Numbered from the stretch's first letter, positions 46,979 to 56,731 are shown. The stretch is 64,000 bases of DNA from Deltaproteobacteria bacterium (GCA_040218735.1 JAVJQW010000058.1:82525-146524); one strand, 5' to 3'. Notes: generated by a model from the sequence alone, not told the origin. Translations and numbers: made by a program.

Positions 46979-47584
46979 ATGTCGAAGCGATTCGTCATCT
47001 CGATCGCCCTCGCGCTCGGTGCGTGCTCGGGCGTCGAGCCCGGCACCGAAGGCGCCGACTGCCCGAACGACAACAACTGCCGCCCGGGTCTGTTCTGCGA
47101 CGACGGCACGTGTGCGTTGCGCCCGCGCGACGCCGGCATGGTCGCGCCGCGCGACGGCGGCTTCCGCGACGCCGGTCGTGACGCGGGCCCTCGTGACGCC
47201 GGTCCTCGCGACGCCGGTCCGCGCGACGCGGGGTGCCCGGTGCCGCCGCAGCTCTCCGCGATCCAGACCGCGATCTTCGGTCGGCAACAGCAGCCCGCAT
47301 GTAACCAGCCCACGTGTCATGGCGCATCCGCCCAGGCGGGCATTCGTTTGGACACGCCCCTCGCCGAGCTGCACACCACGCTCCTCGGTCCGACCGTCGC
47401 GGGGCAGGCGCCGGAGCCGAACATCGTGGTTCCGGGAGAGCCGCAGAACTCGCGGCTGATGACGATCATCTCGAACGAGGTGCCGGGCGGCGGTGGCGGA
47501 AGGATGCCCCCCGCCAACCCGCCGCTCGACGCGTGTTCGATCGAGACGATCCGCGTGTGGATCGAAAACGGCGCCCCGCAGTGA
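46979..47584 (+). CDS. Lipoprotein with RDAG repeats and an atypical cytochrome c-like domain
   Basis: LGAC lipobox; CNQPTCH; VVPGEPQNS; RMPP; WIENGA. Confidence 0.75.
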   Translation: MSKRFVISIALALGACSGVEPGTEGADCPNDNNCRPGLFCDDGTCALRPRDAGMVAPRDGGFRDAGRDAGPRDAGPRDAGPRDAGCPVPPQLSAIQTAIFGRQQQPACNQPTCHGASAQAGIRLDTPLAELHTTLLGPTVAGQAPEPNIVVPGEPQNSRLMTIISNEVPGGGGGRMPPANPPLDACSIETIRVWIENGAPQ

Positions 47585-47587
47585 TCC

Positions 47588-48076
47588 TCACAGCGCCGCT
47601 TCGAGGCGCTTGGCCGCGATCCGGAACGTCCGTCCGAAGTACGGCCGAATGATCGGGTGCAGCGGCCGGAAGATCGGCCGCGGCGTGTACGCGATGCGCC
47701 AGTCGATTCGCGTGCCCGCGTCGGTGGCGGCGAAGCGGTAGTCTTCACCGAACGAAGTCACGAACGGGACGCTGATCGCGCTCGCGACGAAGGTCAGCCG
47801 TCGACCGCGTTCCCACCGGACGAAGTGCTCGCGCAGCCACACGTCGGCGGTTCGGTACCAGCGCACGCTCCCGGGACCGTGCGGCGCCTCCGTCTCCCAT
47901 TCGGCGTCGACGAAGTCCGGGAACCACTCGGACTCCAGCGCGAGGTCGGTGATCGCGTCGAACGCAGCGTAGGGATCGGCGGTGGTGTGGATGGTGTGCA
48001 CGAACGCGGCAGGGGCGTCGTCGACGATGCGCGGGTGGTCGTGCGGGAGGGCGTAGACACGGCGTGGTGCGTTCAC
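47588..48076 (-). CDS. SRPBCC family protein
   Basis: EWFP...GPGSVR...EHFVRWERGRRLTF. Confidence 0.85.
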   Translation of the reverse strand: MNAPRRVYALPHDHPRIVDDAPAAFVHTIHTTADPYAAFDAITDLALESEWFPDFVDAEWETEAPHGPGSVRWYRTADVWLREHFVRWERGRRLTFVASAISVPFVTSFGEDYRFAATDAGTRIDWRIAYTPRPIFRPLHPIIRPYFGRTFRIAAKRLEAAL

Positions 48077-48113
48077 ACCGAGGTAGAGACGGGTCGCCGC
48101 GGATGTGACGGAT

Positions 48114-48686
48114 TCAGCGCAGATCGGCCTCGGCGGCGAGCCGGGCGAGCTGGAGCTTCACACGTTCGAAGCGCTTCCTCAGCGCCGCCGCGCGGCGTTT
48201 TTCATCGTCCTCGCCGGCGCCGAGGATCCGCGCGACCTCCAGCCACGACAGCGCGCGGTCGACGCGGAGGATCAGCATCTCCTGGTCCTCCGGATCGAGC
48301 TGCTCGCGGAGCCGGCGGTACGCGTCCTTCACCGTCGTCTTGCGGAACGGCGCGGTGGTGCTCCGCGCCCGCTCCACGAGCTGCGACGCAAACCGGGAGA
48401 TCGGGACGTGCTGCGGCGCCTTCTTGCGGTGGTGCCGCGCCCGCGCGTTGCGGAGCACGAGGTACAGCCAGGTCCTCAGCGACGCCCGCCCCTCGAACCC
48501 CGCGAGGCCCCGGACGACGTCCTCGCAGAACGCCGAGAAGATCTCGTGCGCGTCGTGTTCACGCTCGAGCGCGACGACGTAGCCGAGGAGCTCCGGGCCG
48601 TAGGTCTCGATGGCGAGTGACACCGCTTCGCGGACGCGGTCGTTCGCGAGGTGCGCGTGCACCGTGGTGTCGACCGACGCCTTCAT
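48114..48686 (-). CDS. ECF-type RNA polymerase sigma factor
   Basis: YGPELLG, FEGRASLRTWLY, LILRVDRALSWLEVA, LRKRFER. Confidence 0.88.
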   Translation of the reverse strand: MKASVDTTVHAHLANDRVREAVSLAIETYGPELLGYVVALEREHDAHEIFSAFCEDVVRGLAGFEGRASLRTWLYLVLRNARARHHRKKAPQHVPISRFASQLVERARSTTAPFRKTTVKDAYRRLREQLDPEDQEMLILRVDRALSWLEVARILGAGEDDEKRRAAALRKRFERVKLQLARLAAEADLR

Positions 48687-50005
48687 TCCTCGACGCGATA
48701 CAGCGCGTACGGCCCCGTCGCCTTCACGATGCGCCCGTGCGGATTCCACCAGCGCGATGTGCGGATGTACAGCGTGTCCTCGTCGTACATCTCGAGCTCG
48801 ATCTCCCCGCGGTTGCGGCAGCACCAGCCCTCTTCGTCCGTGACCCGCGCGTGGAAGACGTACCCGTACTCCCGCGCCTCGACCGTCACGGCGCCGGAGT
48901 TCCTGAAGAACGCGTGCGACGGCACTCGGACGCGTTCGTCCTGCACCTCGAGCCAGCGGTATCCACCGGCCGGGTCCTTCGTGATCTGCAATGAGCCGAC
49001 GTGTCCGCCCTGGCTCCGCCAGCGTCCGACGATGGCGTCGAGGTCGTCGTCGTTCGGGCCGCGCGACTGCCACCACACGAAGCTCCACGTCATCGCGACG
49101 ATCGCCGTCACCGCGGCGAGGCTCTGCACCAAGGAGCGCCGACGTCGCCGTCGTCGGAGCGCGTTGAGCGAACGGCGAACCTCCTCGATCGCTTCACCGA
49201 GCGCGCCGCCATCTTCGAACCGATCCTCGGACCGCGCCGCGAGCGCGGCGTCGAAGAGCGTCTGGAGCCGAGGCGACTGCCGCACGAGATCGAACGGGAG
49301 GTTCGGCGCCGCTAGCTCGGGGGACGGCGCGCGGAACGGGAGGGTGCCGACGAGGCAGAGGTAGAGCAGCGTGCCCGCCGCGAAGACGTCGGTCGCGGGT
49401 CCGGTGGTGTCGCCGGCGAGCTGCTCCGGCGCCATGAACCCCGGCGTGCCGCCGGTGTGTACGGAGTCGGCGACGCCCGATGCGAGGCCGAAGTCGAGGA
49501 GCTTTGTCGGGCCGTCTTCGGTGAGGAAGACGTTGCGCGGGTTGAGGTCGTGGTGGGTCACGCCGAGTGCGTGGGCGTGGGCGAGCGCGGCGGCGATGTC
49601 GGCGCCGATCGCCAGCGCGTCGTCGAGCGCCAGGGATCCACGTTCGAGGCGGTCCGCGAGGGTCTCGCCGCGGAGCAGCTCGAGCACGAGCACGGTGCGG
49701 TCCTCGTGCCGGCACACTTGGTAGAGCGTGACGACGTTCGGGTGGTTGAGGCGCGCGGTGTGCTGGGCTTCGGACTCGGGGAGCTCGTCGACGGCGCGGC
49801 GGACGACCTTGAGCGCGACGTCGCGTCCGAGCACGAGGTCGCGCGCGCGGTAGACGGTGCCCATCCCGCCGGTACCGACCTTGGCGTCGACGCGGAACTG
49901 CTCGGCGACGACGGTGCCGGCTTCGAGGCCGAGGTCGACGGCGTCGAGCGCCACGGACGGGGCGGCGGCGACGAGCTCGAGGAGTTTGTCGAGGTCGTGG
50001 GCCAC
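48683..50005 (-). CDS. Ser/Thr protein kinase with TM and extracellular domain
   Basis: GTGGMG, ALK, HHDLNPRN, DFG, GTPGFMAPE; ATGA-coupled to the sigma factor. Confidence 0.9.
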   Translation of the reverse strand: MAHDLDKLLELVAAAPSVALDAVDLGLEAGTVVAEQFRVDAKVGTGGMGTVYRARDLVLGRDVALKVVRRAVDELPESEAQHTARLNHPNVVTLYQVCRHEDRTVLVLELLRGETLADRLERGSLALDDALAIGADIAAALAHAHALGVTHHDLNPRNVFLTEDGPTKLLDFGLASGVADSVHTGGTPGFMAPEQLAGDTTGPATDVFAAGTLLYLCLVGTLPFRAPSPELAAPNLPFDLVRQSPRLQTLFDAALAARSEDRFEDGGALGEAIEEVRRSLNALRRRRRRRSLVQSLAAVTAIVAMTWSFVWWQSRGPNDDDLDAIVGRWRSQGGHVGSLQITKDPAGGYRWLEVQDERVRVPSHAFFRNSGAVTVEAREYGYVFHARVTDEEGWCCRNRGEIELEMYDEDTLYIRTSRWWNPHGRIVKATGPYALYRVEE

Positions 50006-50060
50006 GGGGTCGACCTCGAGCCTAGCGGGGCTCGGGGGGGAGTCAATCGGACCGGAGGGA

Positions 50061-50954
50061 ATGCGCGCGGTGCGTGCGATGCTTCTCGATGTCGTGCCCA
50101 CCGCGCTGCTCCTGCTCGTCGCGCTGACGCCGGCGCCGACGTTCGACGCGTACGTGTCGACCGAGATCCGGCCGGCGGATGGGTTCGATCCGCCGCGCCG
50201 GGCGCGTGCGGTCGCGAACGGTCGCGTGGAGTCGGTGGAAGGCGACGTCGTGGAGATCGCGCACGTCTTCTACGAGAACCACCAGCGGCGCGCGGCGCGG
50301 TCGCGCTACGAGGGCGTGAAGGACGCCGTCGTGGAGGTCGGGGTCGAGGTGGAGCGCGGCGCAAGGCTCGGCGGTGGCACGCCGCGGGTGACGGTGGACG
50401 GCGTCGCCGCGAAGCGCTTCGCGCGGGGGCGCCGACGTCTGTTCGTCCCTCGTGACGAGCCGGTGTTGGTGCTCGTCGATCACGAGCACCACCAGGCGGC
50501 GCGTTACGAGAACGGGCGCCGCGTGTCGGTCGTCGAGGTAGAGTTCGGCCAGGCCGAGGGCACCAAGGAGGTGCAGGGCGATCTAAAGACGCCGAAGGGC
50601 ATGTACTTCGTCGTGCACAAGTACCGCGGTGAGTTCACCGGCAAGTACGGCGACTACTACGGCGGGCACTGGATCAAGCTGAGCTATCCGAACCGCTACG
50701 ACGCCGAGCGCGGCGTGGCGCAGGGGGTCGTGGACCGCGAGACGGCGAGGGGGATCTCGCGTGCGTGGCGACGCCGAAGGCTGCCGACCCAGAAGACCCG
50801 CCTCGGCGGGGGGATCGGCTTTCACGGCTGGGCGGGCGCGTGGACGAAGCGCGAAGAAGGTGGCCTGTCGTGGGGGTGCGTGGTGATGCACAACGAGGAC
50901 ATCGCGAAGTGGTTCGACGCGATCCCGAAGGGCGCGATGGTGGTGATCTTCTGA
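50061..50954 (+). CDS. L,D-transpeptidase (YkuD) family protein with M23-like N-terminus
   Basis: GDLKTPKG, LSYPN, GIGFHG, SWGCV. Confidence 0.85.
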   Translation: MRAVRAMLLDVVPTALLLLVALTPAPTFDAYVSTEIRPADGFDPPRRARAVANGRVESVEGDVVEIAHVFYENHQRRAARSRYEGVKDAVVEVGVEVERGARLGGGTPRVTVDGVAAKRFARGRRRLFVPRDEPVLVLVDHEHHQAARYENGRRVSVVEVEFGQAEGTKEVQGDLKTPKGMYFVVHKYRGEFTGKYGDYYGGHWIKLSYPNRYDAERGVAQGVVDRETARGISRAWRRRRLPTQKTRLGGGIGFHGWAGAWTKREEGGLSWGCVVMHNEDIAKWFDAIPKGAMVVIF

Positions 50955-50960
50955 TCGCCG

Positions 50961-51464
50961 TCAGTTGTTCGACACCGTGAAGTCGAACGACGTGGGCGGC
51001 GCGAGCGGCGTCCCGTCGGCGGCCTGGAACGCTTGGAGCACCACGGTCAGCTCGGCGCCCGGCGTGGTGCGCACGGCGACGGAGCCGGAGGACGGCGGAT
51101 CGTCGAACGTCATCGTCGAGAGTTGGCCGTTGCCCATCATGCCGGGTGAGGATTGGCGGAGCGTAAGGATGTTCTGCGCCGGGTTCATCGCGGTGCTGAA
51201 CGTGAAGACGATCGTGACGTCGCCGACGTCGAGCGTGGACCCGGCGGGGGGGAGGGTGCGGACGACGGTCGGGCCGGTCGCCGCGCCGGCGTCGCGAGGC
51301 CCGGCGTCGCGAGGCCCTGCGTCACGCGGGGGGCCTGCGTCCTCGGCGTTGCCGCCGTCGGTGGCAACGGCGCCGGCGTCACGCGTCGTCACCGGATCGC
51401 CGGGTTCGCGCGTGTCGTCGCCACAGGCCGTGAGCAGCAGGAGCGCGAGGAGGAGGAGGCGCAT
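50961..51464 (-). CDS. Lipoprotein with RDAG repeats and Ig-like domain
   Basis: LTAC lipobox; PTVVRT.P..IVFTFSTAMN. Confidence 0.75.
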   Translation of the reverse strand: MRLLLLALLLLTACGDDTREPGDPVTTRDAGAVATDGGNAEDAGPPRDAGPRDAGPRDAGAATGPTVVRTLPPAGSTLDVGDVTIVFTFSTAMNPAQNILTLRQSSPGMMGNGQLSTMTFDDPPSSGSVAVRTTPGAELTVVLQAFQAADGTPLAPPTSFDFTVSNN

Positions 51465-51546
51465 GGGGAGAGCCTGTGCCGTCTCCTGGGTGCGGCGCAA
51501 ATATCCGAAGTGGATATCTTCACGCTTCCTCGGTCCTGAAAAATCA

Positions 51547-51685
51547 ACAGGGAGGCAGTGAGGACGGGGAGGCGCAGAAACGACGCGGGCCACGTCGCAG
51601 GAGCCCAAACCCAAAAGGACAGGGTGGGCCTGCGCGAATGCGATCGCCGAGAGCACGGCATCTCCCGTCCTCCCCGTCTCCCTGT
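51547..51685. repeat. REP/MITE-like element with about 28-bp imperfect terminal inverted repeats
   Basis: ACAGGGAGGCAGTGAGGACGGGGAG ... CTCCCGTCCTCCCCGTCTCCCTGT. Confidence 0.75.
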
Positions 51686-51716
51686 GACCCCTTCCGAAAC
51701 GGAGAAGGTCAGCGAG

Positions 51717-53186
51717 TTAGAGCGCGCCCATCAGCGGGTCGAGGGCGAAGGAGAGGGCGGTCGAGACCATGAAGTAGCCGCCCGAGTAGTCGCCGTTGCC
51801 GACGTTGGTCAAAAAGTCCTGGCGCTCGCCTTCGAAGGCGCCGGCGATGGGTTTGGCGGAGTCGCGGATCTGGGTTCCGCTCAGGACGATGTAGGCGCCG
51901 GAGACGTCGAGCGTGAAGCCGAAGAACGTGGTGCGCGCGCCGAGGGAGAAGCCGTGTTTGTCGAAGTCCGTGCGCGACGGATCGACGAACGCCGACGGGA
52001 TGGCGGTCGGCTCGTAGAAGTAGCCGCCGACGACGTTCACGAGCGGGTCGAACAGGTTGAGCTCGCCGCCGAGGCGGAGGGAGTACGTGTTCCGCCAGTT
52101 GCGGGGCGAGCGGATGACGCCGAGGGGCGACGGGTTGCCGAGGACCTCGAGCTCGATGTCGATCGGCGTGATGACGACCTCGTCCTGCACGCCCCAGCCC
52201 TCCCAGACCACGGCGGCCTCGGCGGCGAAGACGTGCGGCAGGCGGTACTGCACGCCGGCGCGGAAGATGGGCGCGTTCTCGAGCTGGACGCGGACCTTGC
52301 TGCCGTTGACGACGAGGAGCGGCGGGTCGGCGTCGATGACGGCGCTCGGGACCTGCACGTCGATCGTGCCTTCGGTGTCGATCGGGCGCGAGCCGCGGAA
52401 CGACGAGCCGATCGTCAGCCCCGGGAGCAGCTCGTAGCTCGCGCCGACGGACCAGTTGATCGCGTAGTCGTTGAAGGCGAGGAGGACGGGGGCGTCGTAG
52501 TTGGCGTCTTCCGGGCCCTGAATGCCGAGCAGATCCGAGTTCGCCCACAGGTGCAGCGTCTGGTCGTTGCCGGCCTGCGACAGCATGACCGACGCGCCGA
52601 TGCGCAGACCGTCGATCGGCTGCGCGGCGACGGCGGCGGCGAAGTTCGCTTCGATGTTCGCCATGCGCATCCCGCTGTAGCGGCCGGGCTGGCCGGCGGC
52701 GCTCGTCGCGAAGTCGGGGCGGCGTGTGCTGACGACTTCACCCCAGTCGTGCCGACCGCTGTTCGGGCCCCACGCGGCGACGCCGAAGGTGAGGTCGTAG
52801 AACGGCAGCCCGTAGGAGGCGCCGACGAACGGGATGACGAGCGTCGTGTTGCTCGACACGACGTTGTCGTCGAAGGAGCTCTGCAGCTCGGCGTCCCACT
52901 CCGCCGCGGTGCGGCCGTCCGCGCTGTCGGCGATCAGGCAGGGGCACTTGCGGTTGAAGTCGAGCCCCATGTTCACGAACGTGACCGACGCTTCCGCGTT
53001 GAGGCCCTGCAGCTGCGAGAGGCCGGCGGGGTTGTAGTGGATCGACAGCAGGCTGTCGGGCGAGGCGACGAACGCACCGCCGCGCGCCATGCCGCGCGTG
53101 CCGATGTCTCCGAGGTAGAAGCCGCCCGCGTGGGCGGTCGAGGCGAGGAGCGCCGAGGCGGCGACGAACGCGGGAACGAATCGCAT
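51717..53186 (-). CDS. FadL/OmpP1-family outer membrane transporter
   Basis: AHAGGFY...MARGGAFVA...YNPAGL; WRNTYSLRLG. Confidence 0.9.
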   Translation of the reverse strand: MRFVPAFVAASALLASTAHAGGFYLGDIGTRGMARGGAFVASPDSLLSIHYNPAGLSQLQGLNAEASVTFVNMGLDFNRKCPCLIADSADGRTAAEWDAELQSSFDDNVVSSNTTLVIPFVGASYGLPFYDLTFGVAAWGPNSGRHDWGEVVSTRRPDFATSAAGQPGRYSGMRMANIEANFAAAVAAQPIDGLRIGASVMLSQAGNDQTLHLWANSDLLGIQGPEDANYDAPVLLAFNDYAINWSVGASYELLPGLTIGSSFRGSRPIDTEGTIDVQVPSAVIDADPPLLVVNGSKVRVQLENAPIFRAGVQYRLPHVFAAEAAVVWEGWGVQDEVVITPIDIELEVLGNPSPLGVIRSPRNWRNTYSLRLGGELNLFDPLVNVVGGYFYEPTAIPSAFVDPSRTDFDKHGFSLGARTTFFGFTLDVSGAYIVLSGTQIRDSAKPIAGAFEGERQDFLTNVGNGDYSGGYFMVSTALSFALDPLMGAL

Positions 53187-53269
53187 CTCTCGCACGTCGT
53201 CCCACATCGGATCGGCGGAGAAAAGGGCCGGTTGACCGGCGTGCGCGCGGCGACGTTCTTTGCTTCGCC

Positions 53270-54508
53270 TTGGTCGACCGAAGCCACGTACCGCCGGTGG
53301 AGATCTTGCGCGCGCGCAAGCGCATGAACGACGCAGTGCGTTCTTGGTTCGACGCGCGTGGGTTCTTGGAGGTCGAGACGCCGATCGCCGTGGTGTCGCC
53401 CGGGCTCGAGCCGCACTTGTTTGCGTTCGAGACGACGGAGGTCGGACCCGACGACGCGACGCAGCAACTCTTCCTGCACACGTCGCCCGAGTACGCGATG
53501 AAGCGGATGCTCGGGCGCGGCGTTGGCAGCATCTATCAGCTCGCCCGGGTGTTCCGGAACGGGGAGCGCTCCGCGACGCACGCGCCGGAGTTCACGATGC
53601 TGGAGTGGTACCGGGAGGGCGAGGCCTTCGCGGCGCTGATGGACGACGTGGAGGGGCTGTTCGGCGCCGTGGCCGAGGCCGTCGGGGCGTGGCGGCCTCG
53701 GCGGGTGGAGCGGGTCTCGGTTTCGGAGGCGTTCGTGCGGGCGGGGTTGGTGGATCCTGTGGGCCTCCTCGAGGCGTCAGCCGAGAGGCCCGGTCCCGGT
53801 CCCGGTCCGGGTCCCGGTCCGGGTCCGGGTCCCGACTCGGCGGGGGACGAGATCGAGGGCAAGGGCAAGTTCAAGTTCAAGGGCAAGGGGGAGGCTTCGC
53901 GGGGGGCTCGCGGTGGTGCTGCGTCCTTGCCCTCTTCGGATTCGGGACCGGGCCCGGGACCCGCACCGGGACCGGGCCTGGGACCCGTACCGGGACCGGG
54001 TGACTCGCCGGCTTCGGCTGCTCTGCGGATCCCTGATGCTGATGACACCGCGGCGCTTCGGGAGGCGCTCGGGGTTCGGCTCGTCTTGGGCGACGATTGG
54101 GACGACGTCTTCTTCCGCGCGTTCCTCGACCACGTCGAGCCCACGTTCGCCGACGACACCGTCACGATCCTCTACGGCTACCCCGCGCACATGGCGGCGC
54201 TCGCGCGGGTGGATCCGAAGGACCCGCGGGTGGCGGAGCGGTTCGAGGTATTCGTCGGGCGGACCGAGCTCGGGAACGCGTTCGGGGAGCTCACGGATCC
54301 CGTCGAGCAGCGGGCGCGCTTCGAGCTCGACCTCGCGCACCGTCGTCGCCTCGGGCGCCCCGCCTATCCGATCGACGAGGGGCTCCTCGAAGACCTCGGG
54401 AACATCGAAGCTGCGGCGGGGATCGCCGTGGGGCTCGACCGGTTGCTGATGTGTTGCCTGCAGCTCGAGACGATCCAACAGACGCTTGTGCTCTCACCCT
54501 TGCCCTGA
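53270..54508 (+). CDS. epmA: EF-P lysine aminoacylase with internal insertion
   Basis: FLEVETP, LHTSPEYAMKR, VFRNGE..HAPEFTMLEWY, ERFE, ELGNAFGEL, GLDRL. Confidence 0.95.
   Translation: MVDRSHVPPVEILRARKRMNDAVRSWFDARGFLEVETPIAVVSPGLEPHLFAFETTEVGPDDATQQLFLHTSPEYAMKRMLGRGVGSIYQLARVFRNGERSATHAPEFTMLEWYREGEAFAALMDDVEGLFGAVAEAVGAWRPRRVERVSVSEAFVRAGLVDPVGLLEASAERPGPGPGPGPGPGPGPDSAGDEIEGKGKFKFKGKGEASRGARGGAASLPSSDSGPGPGPAPGPGLGPVPGPGDSPASAALRIPDADDTAALREALGVRLVLGDDWDDVFFRAFLDHVEPTFADDTVTILYGYPAHMAALARVDPKDPRVAERFEVFVGRTELGNAFGELTDPVEQRARFELDLAHRRRLGRPAYPIDEGLLEDLGNIEAAAGIAVGLDRLLMCCLQLETIQQTLVLSPLP
53789..54000. repeat. Nested palindromic hexamer-repeat insertion within epmA
   Basis: (CCCGGT/CCGGGT)n tract inverted against a (GGGACC)n tract; inner GAGGGCAAGG...CCTTGCCCTC. 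Confidence 0.8.
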
Positions 54509-54542
54509 GCCGGCGCGCGATGATGAATTCCGCGCCTCAGCG

Positions 54543-55238
54543 ATGTCGCGCAGGATTCGAAAGCACGCCAATCCATTCAATGTACAGACGGTCGTCGGGC
54601 AGCTCGATCGCATGGCGACGTTCGGGCGCGAGGCGCCGATCGAAGTCGACATCGGCTGCGGCGAAGGGGGCTTCCTCTTCGAGCGCGCGGCGAATCATCC
54701 GGACGTCGACTTCGTCGGGTTCGAGGTGCGCAAGCCGCTCGTGGAGATGGCAAACGCGAAGGTCCAAGAGGCCGGCGTGACGAACCTCGTGTACCTGTAC
54801 GCCAACGCGAACGTGAACCTGCACTTCGTGGCGCCGGGGGTCGTGCGGCGCTTCTTCGTGCAGTTCCCGGATCCGTGTTTCAAGAAGCGCCACCAGAAGC
54901 GCCGCATCCTCCAGCCGCAGCTCGTGCGCGACATGGCCGAGCTGCTGCCGATCGGCGGCGAGGTCTACGCCCAGTCCGACGTGAAGCCGCTCGCCGAGGA
55001 GATGTACGTGTTCCTCGCGCAGGACGACGCGTTCGACTCCAAGCTCGGCGAGGACCTGCTCGTGCCGCGACCGATCCCCGAGCTCACGGAGTGGGAGCGG
55101 CACCACGACCGTGAGGCCGAGCCGGTGTACCGGATGCTCTTCACGAAGGTGCGCGAGCCGAGCGGCGACGTCCAAAAGCCCGAGTTCCGCGACACGGATC
55201 CGAAGCGCCTCGCGGAGCTGGAGGCGAGCGGTGGGTAA
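54543..55238 (+). CDS. trmB: tRNA (guanine-N7)-methyltransferase
   Basis: RIRKHANP, DIGCGEG, QFPDPCFKKRHQKRR, SD, TEWE. Confidence 0.95.
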   Translation: MSRRIRKHANPFNVQTVVGQLDRMATFGREAPIEVDIGCGEGGFLFERAANHPDVDFVGFEVRKPLVEMANAKVQEAGVTNLVYLYANANVNLHFVAPGVVRRFFVQFPDPCFKKRHQKRRILQPQLVRDMAELLPIGGEVYAQSDVKPLAEEMYVFLAQDDAFDSKLGEDLLVPRPIPELTEWERHHDREAEPVYRMLFTKVREPSGDVQKPEFRDTDPKRLAELEASGG

Positions 55239-55785
55239 GGTCTACGACGCGATCGACGACGCGACGGCGAGGTTCGTCGAGCGGCAGCGGATGTTCTTCG
55301 TCGCGACGGCGCCGCGGGCCGACGACGGCCACGTGAACGTATCGCCGAAGGGCATCGACGGGACGTTCGCGATCCTCGCGCCGAAGCGGGTCGCGTATCT
55401 CGACTTCGTCGGGAGCGGGGTCGAGACGATCGCCCACCTCCGGGAGAACGGGCGCATCACGCTGATGTTCACCGCGTTCGAGGGGTCGCCGAAGACGGTC
55501 CGTCTGTATGGGACCGGGCGGGCGATCCTCACCGGTGATCCCACGTTCGACGAAGCCGCGGCGCCGTTCGCGCCGTTGGCGCGGGTGGGCCCGAACGCAC
55601 GCGCGGTGATCGTCGTCGACGTGGAGCGCGTGGCGCACTCGTGCGGGTACGGGGTGCCGCTGTACACCTTCGACGGTGAGCGGACGCAGCTGGATGCGTG
55701 GGCGGAGCGGAAGGGGCCCGACGGGATTCGGGCCTACGCGCGTGAGAAGAACGCGCGGAGCATCGACGGGTTGAAGGGGCTCTAG
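55231..55785 (+). CDS. Pyridoxamine 5'-phosphate oxidase family protein
   Basis: MFFVATAP, NVSPKG, GSGVETIAHLRENGR, SCGYGVP. Confidence 0.92.
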   Translation: MGKVYDAIDDATARFVERQRMFFVATAPRADDGHVNVSPKGIDGTFAILAPKRVAYLDFVGSGVETIAHLRENGRITLMFTAFEGSPKTVRLYGTGRAILTGDPTFDEAAAPFAPLARVGPNARAVIVVDVERVAHSCGYGVPLYTFDGERTQLDAWAERKGPDGIRAYAREKNARSIDGLKGL

Positions 55786-55970
55786 TCCTGCATCTGGCGC
55801 AGGATTTCGTCGCGGCGGCCTTCCTTGATGAGCTTGTCGTTCTTGAAGCCCTCCTTCAGGGAGAGCCACGTGAAGAACCCGACCGAGAACACCATCAAGA
55901 GGATCGGAATGTTGTCCGGCTTGGTCAGGATCAACATGAAGTTGTCCCAAGCACTGGTCGACAGGAACAT
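55782..55970 (-). CDS. Small membrane protein, probable Rieske/cytochrome b complex accessory
   Basis: KPDNIPILLM...FFTWLSL...ND; divergent from the Rieske gene. Confidence 0.7.
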   Translation of the reverse strand: MFLSTSAWDNFMLILTKPDNIPILLMVFSVGFFTWLSLKEGFKNDKLIKEGRRDEILRQMQD

Positions 55971-56163
55971 CGAGGAGGCGTTTAGGCCGCTGCGCCGACG
56001 GCGTCAAGGACCGAAGCGTATCGGGGCTCGCCGAACCCGTGAAAACCACAGCGCTGTCGGGGCTTTGGATCCAGCTTGACAGGGTACCGCCCCCGACCTA
56101 AACGGCCCACCGAACCCGGGTGCGGACGCGCAAATCCGCCGGGGCTTCGATCGAAGAGGGCGC

Positions 56164-56727
56164 ATGGCAGGCCAAGTACGAGACGATACCGACAAGACGA
56201 AGGACTGGACGTGGTCGCGACGCGACTTCCTCTCCCTCGGTGGGTGGGCAGCGACGCTCGGGGTGCTGAGCATCCTCACGATGGCGTTCGTTCGCTTCAT
56301 GTTCCCGCGCGTTCTGTTCGAGCCGTCGACCCTCTTCAAGGCCGGCAAGGCGAACGACTACAGCCCGAACACGGTGAGCGAGAAGTACATCGCCAGCCAG
56401 CGGGTCTGGATCATCAAGCAGCAGGACACGACCGGGGCGAACTTCCTCATCGCGCTGTCGGCGATCTGCACGCACCTCGGCTGCACGCCGCGGTGGCTGG
56501 TGACCGAGAACAAGTTCAAGTGCCCGTGTCACGGCTCCGGGTTCCGCGGTTTCGATCTCGAGCGCGGTCGCGACATCACCGCGATCCACTTCGAGGGTCC
56601 CGCGCCGCGCCCGCTCGAGCGGCTCAAGGTCTGGGTGGATGCCGCCGGCGACATCAACGTCGACAAGGGCATCAAGATCCTGTGGAAGGACGGCGTCTGG
56701 CCGTCGGACTCCCGCGTGAAGGTCTGA
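56164..56727 (+). CDS. qcrA: Rieske iron-sulfur subunit
   Basis: Tat SRRDFL; CTHLGC; CPCHGS; GPAPRPL. Confidence 0.95.
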   Translation: MAGQVRDDTDKTKDWTWSRRDFLSLGGWAATLGVLSILTMAFVRFMFPRVLFEPSTLFKAGKANDYSPNTVSEKYIASQRVWIIKQQDTTGANFLIALSAICTHLGCTPRWLVTENKFKCPCHGSGFRGFDLERGRDITAIHFEGPAPRPLERLKVWVDAAGDINVDKGIKILWKDGVWPSDSRVKV

Positions 56728-56731
56728 ACCG

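Noticed and set aside
53270-54508. Lysyl-tRNA synthetase
   Set aside because: No anticodon-binding domain; SPEYAMKR and H.PEFTMLEWY indicate EpmA
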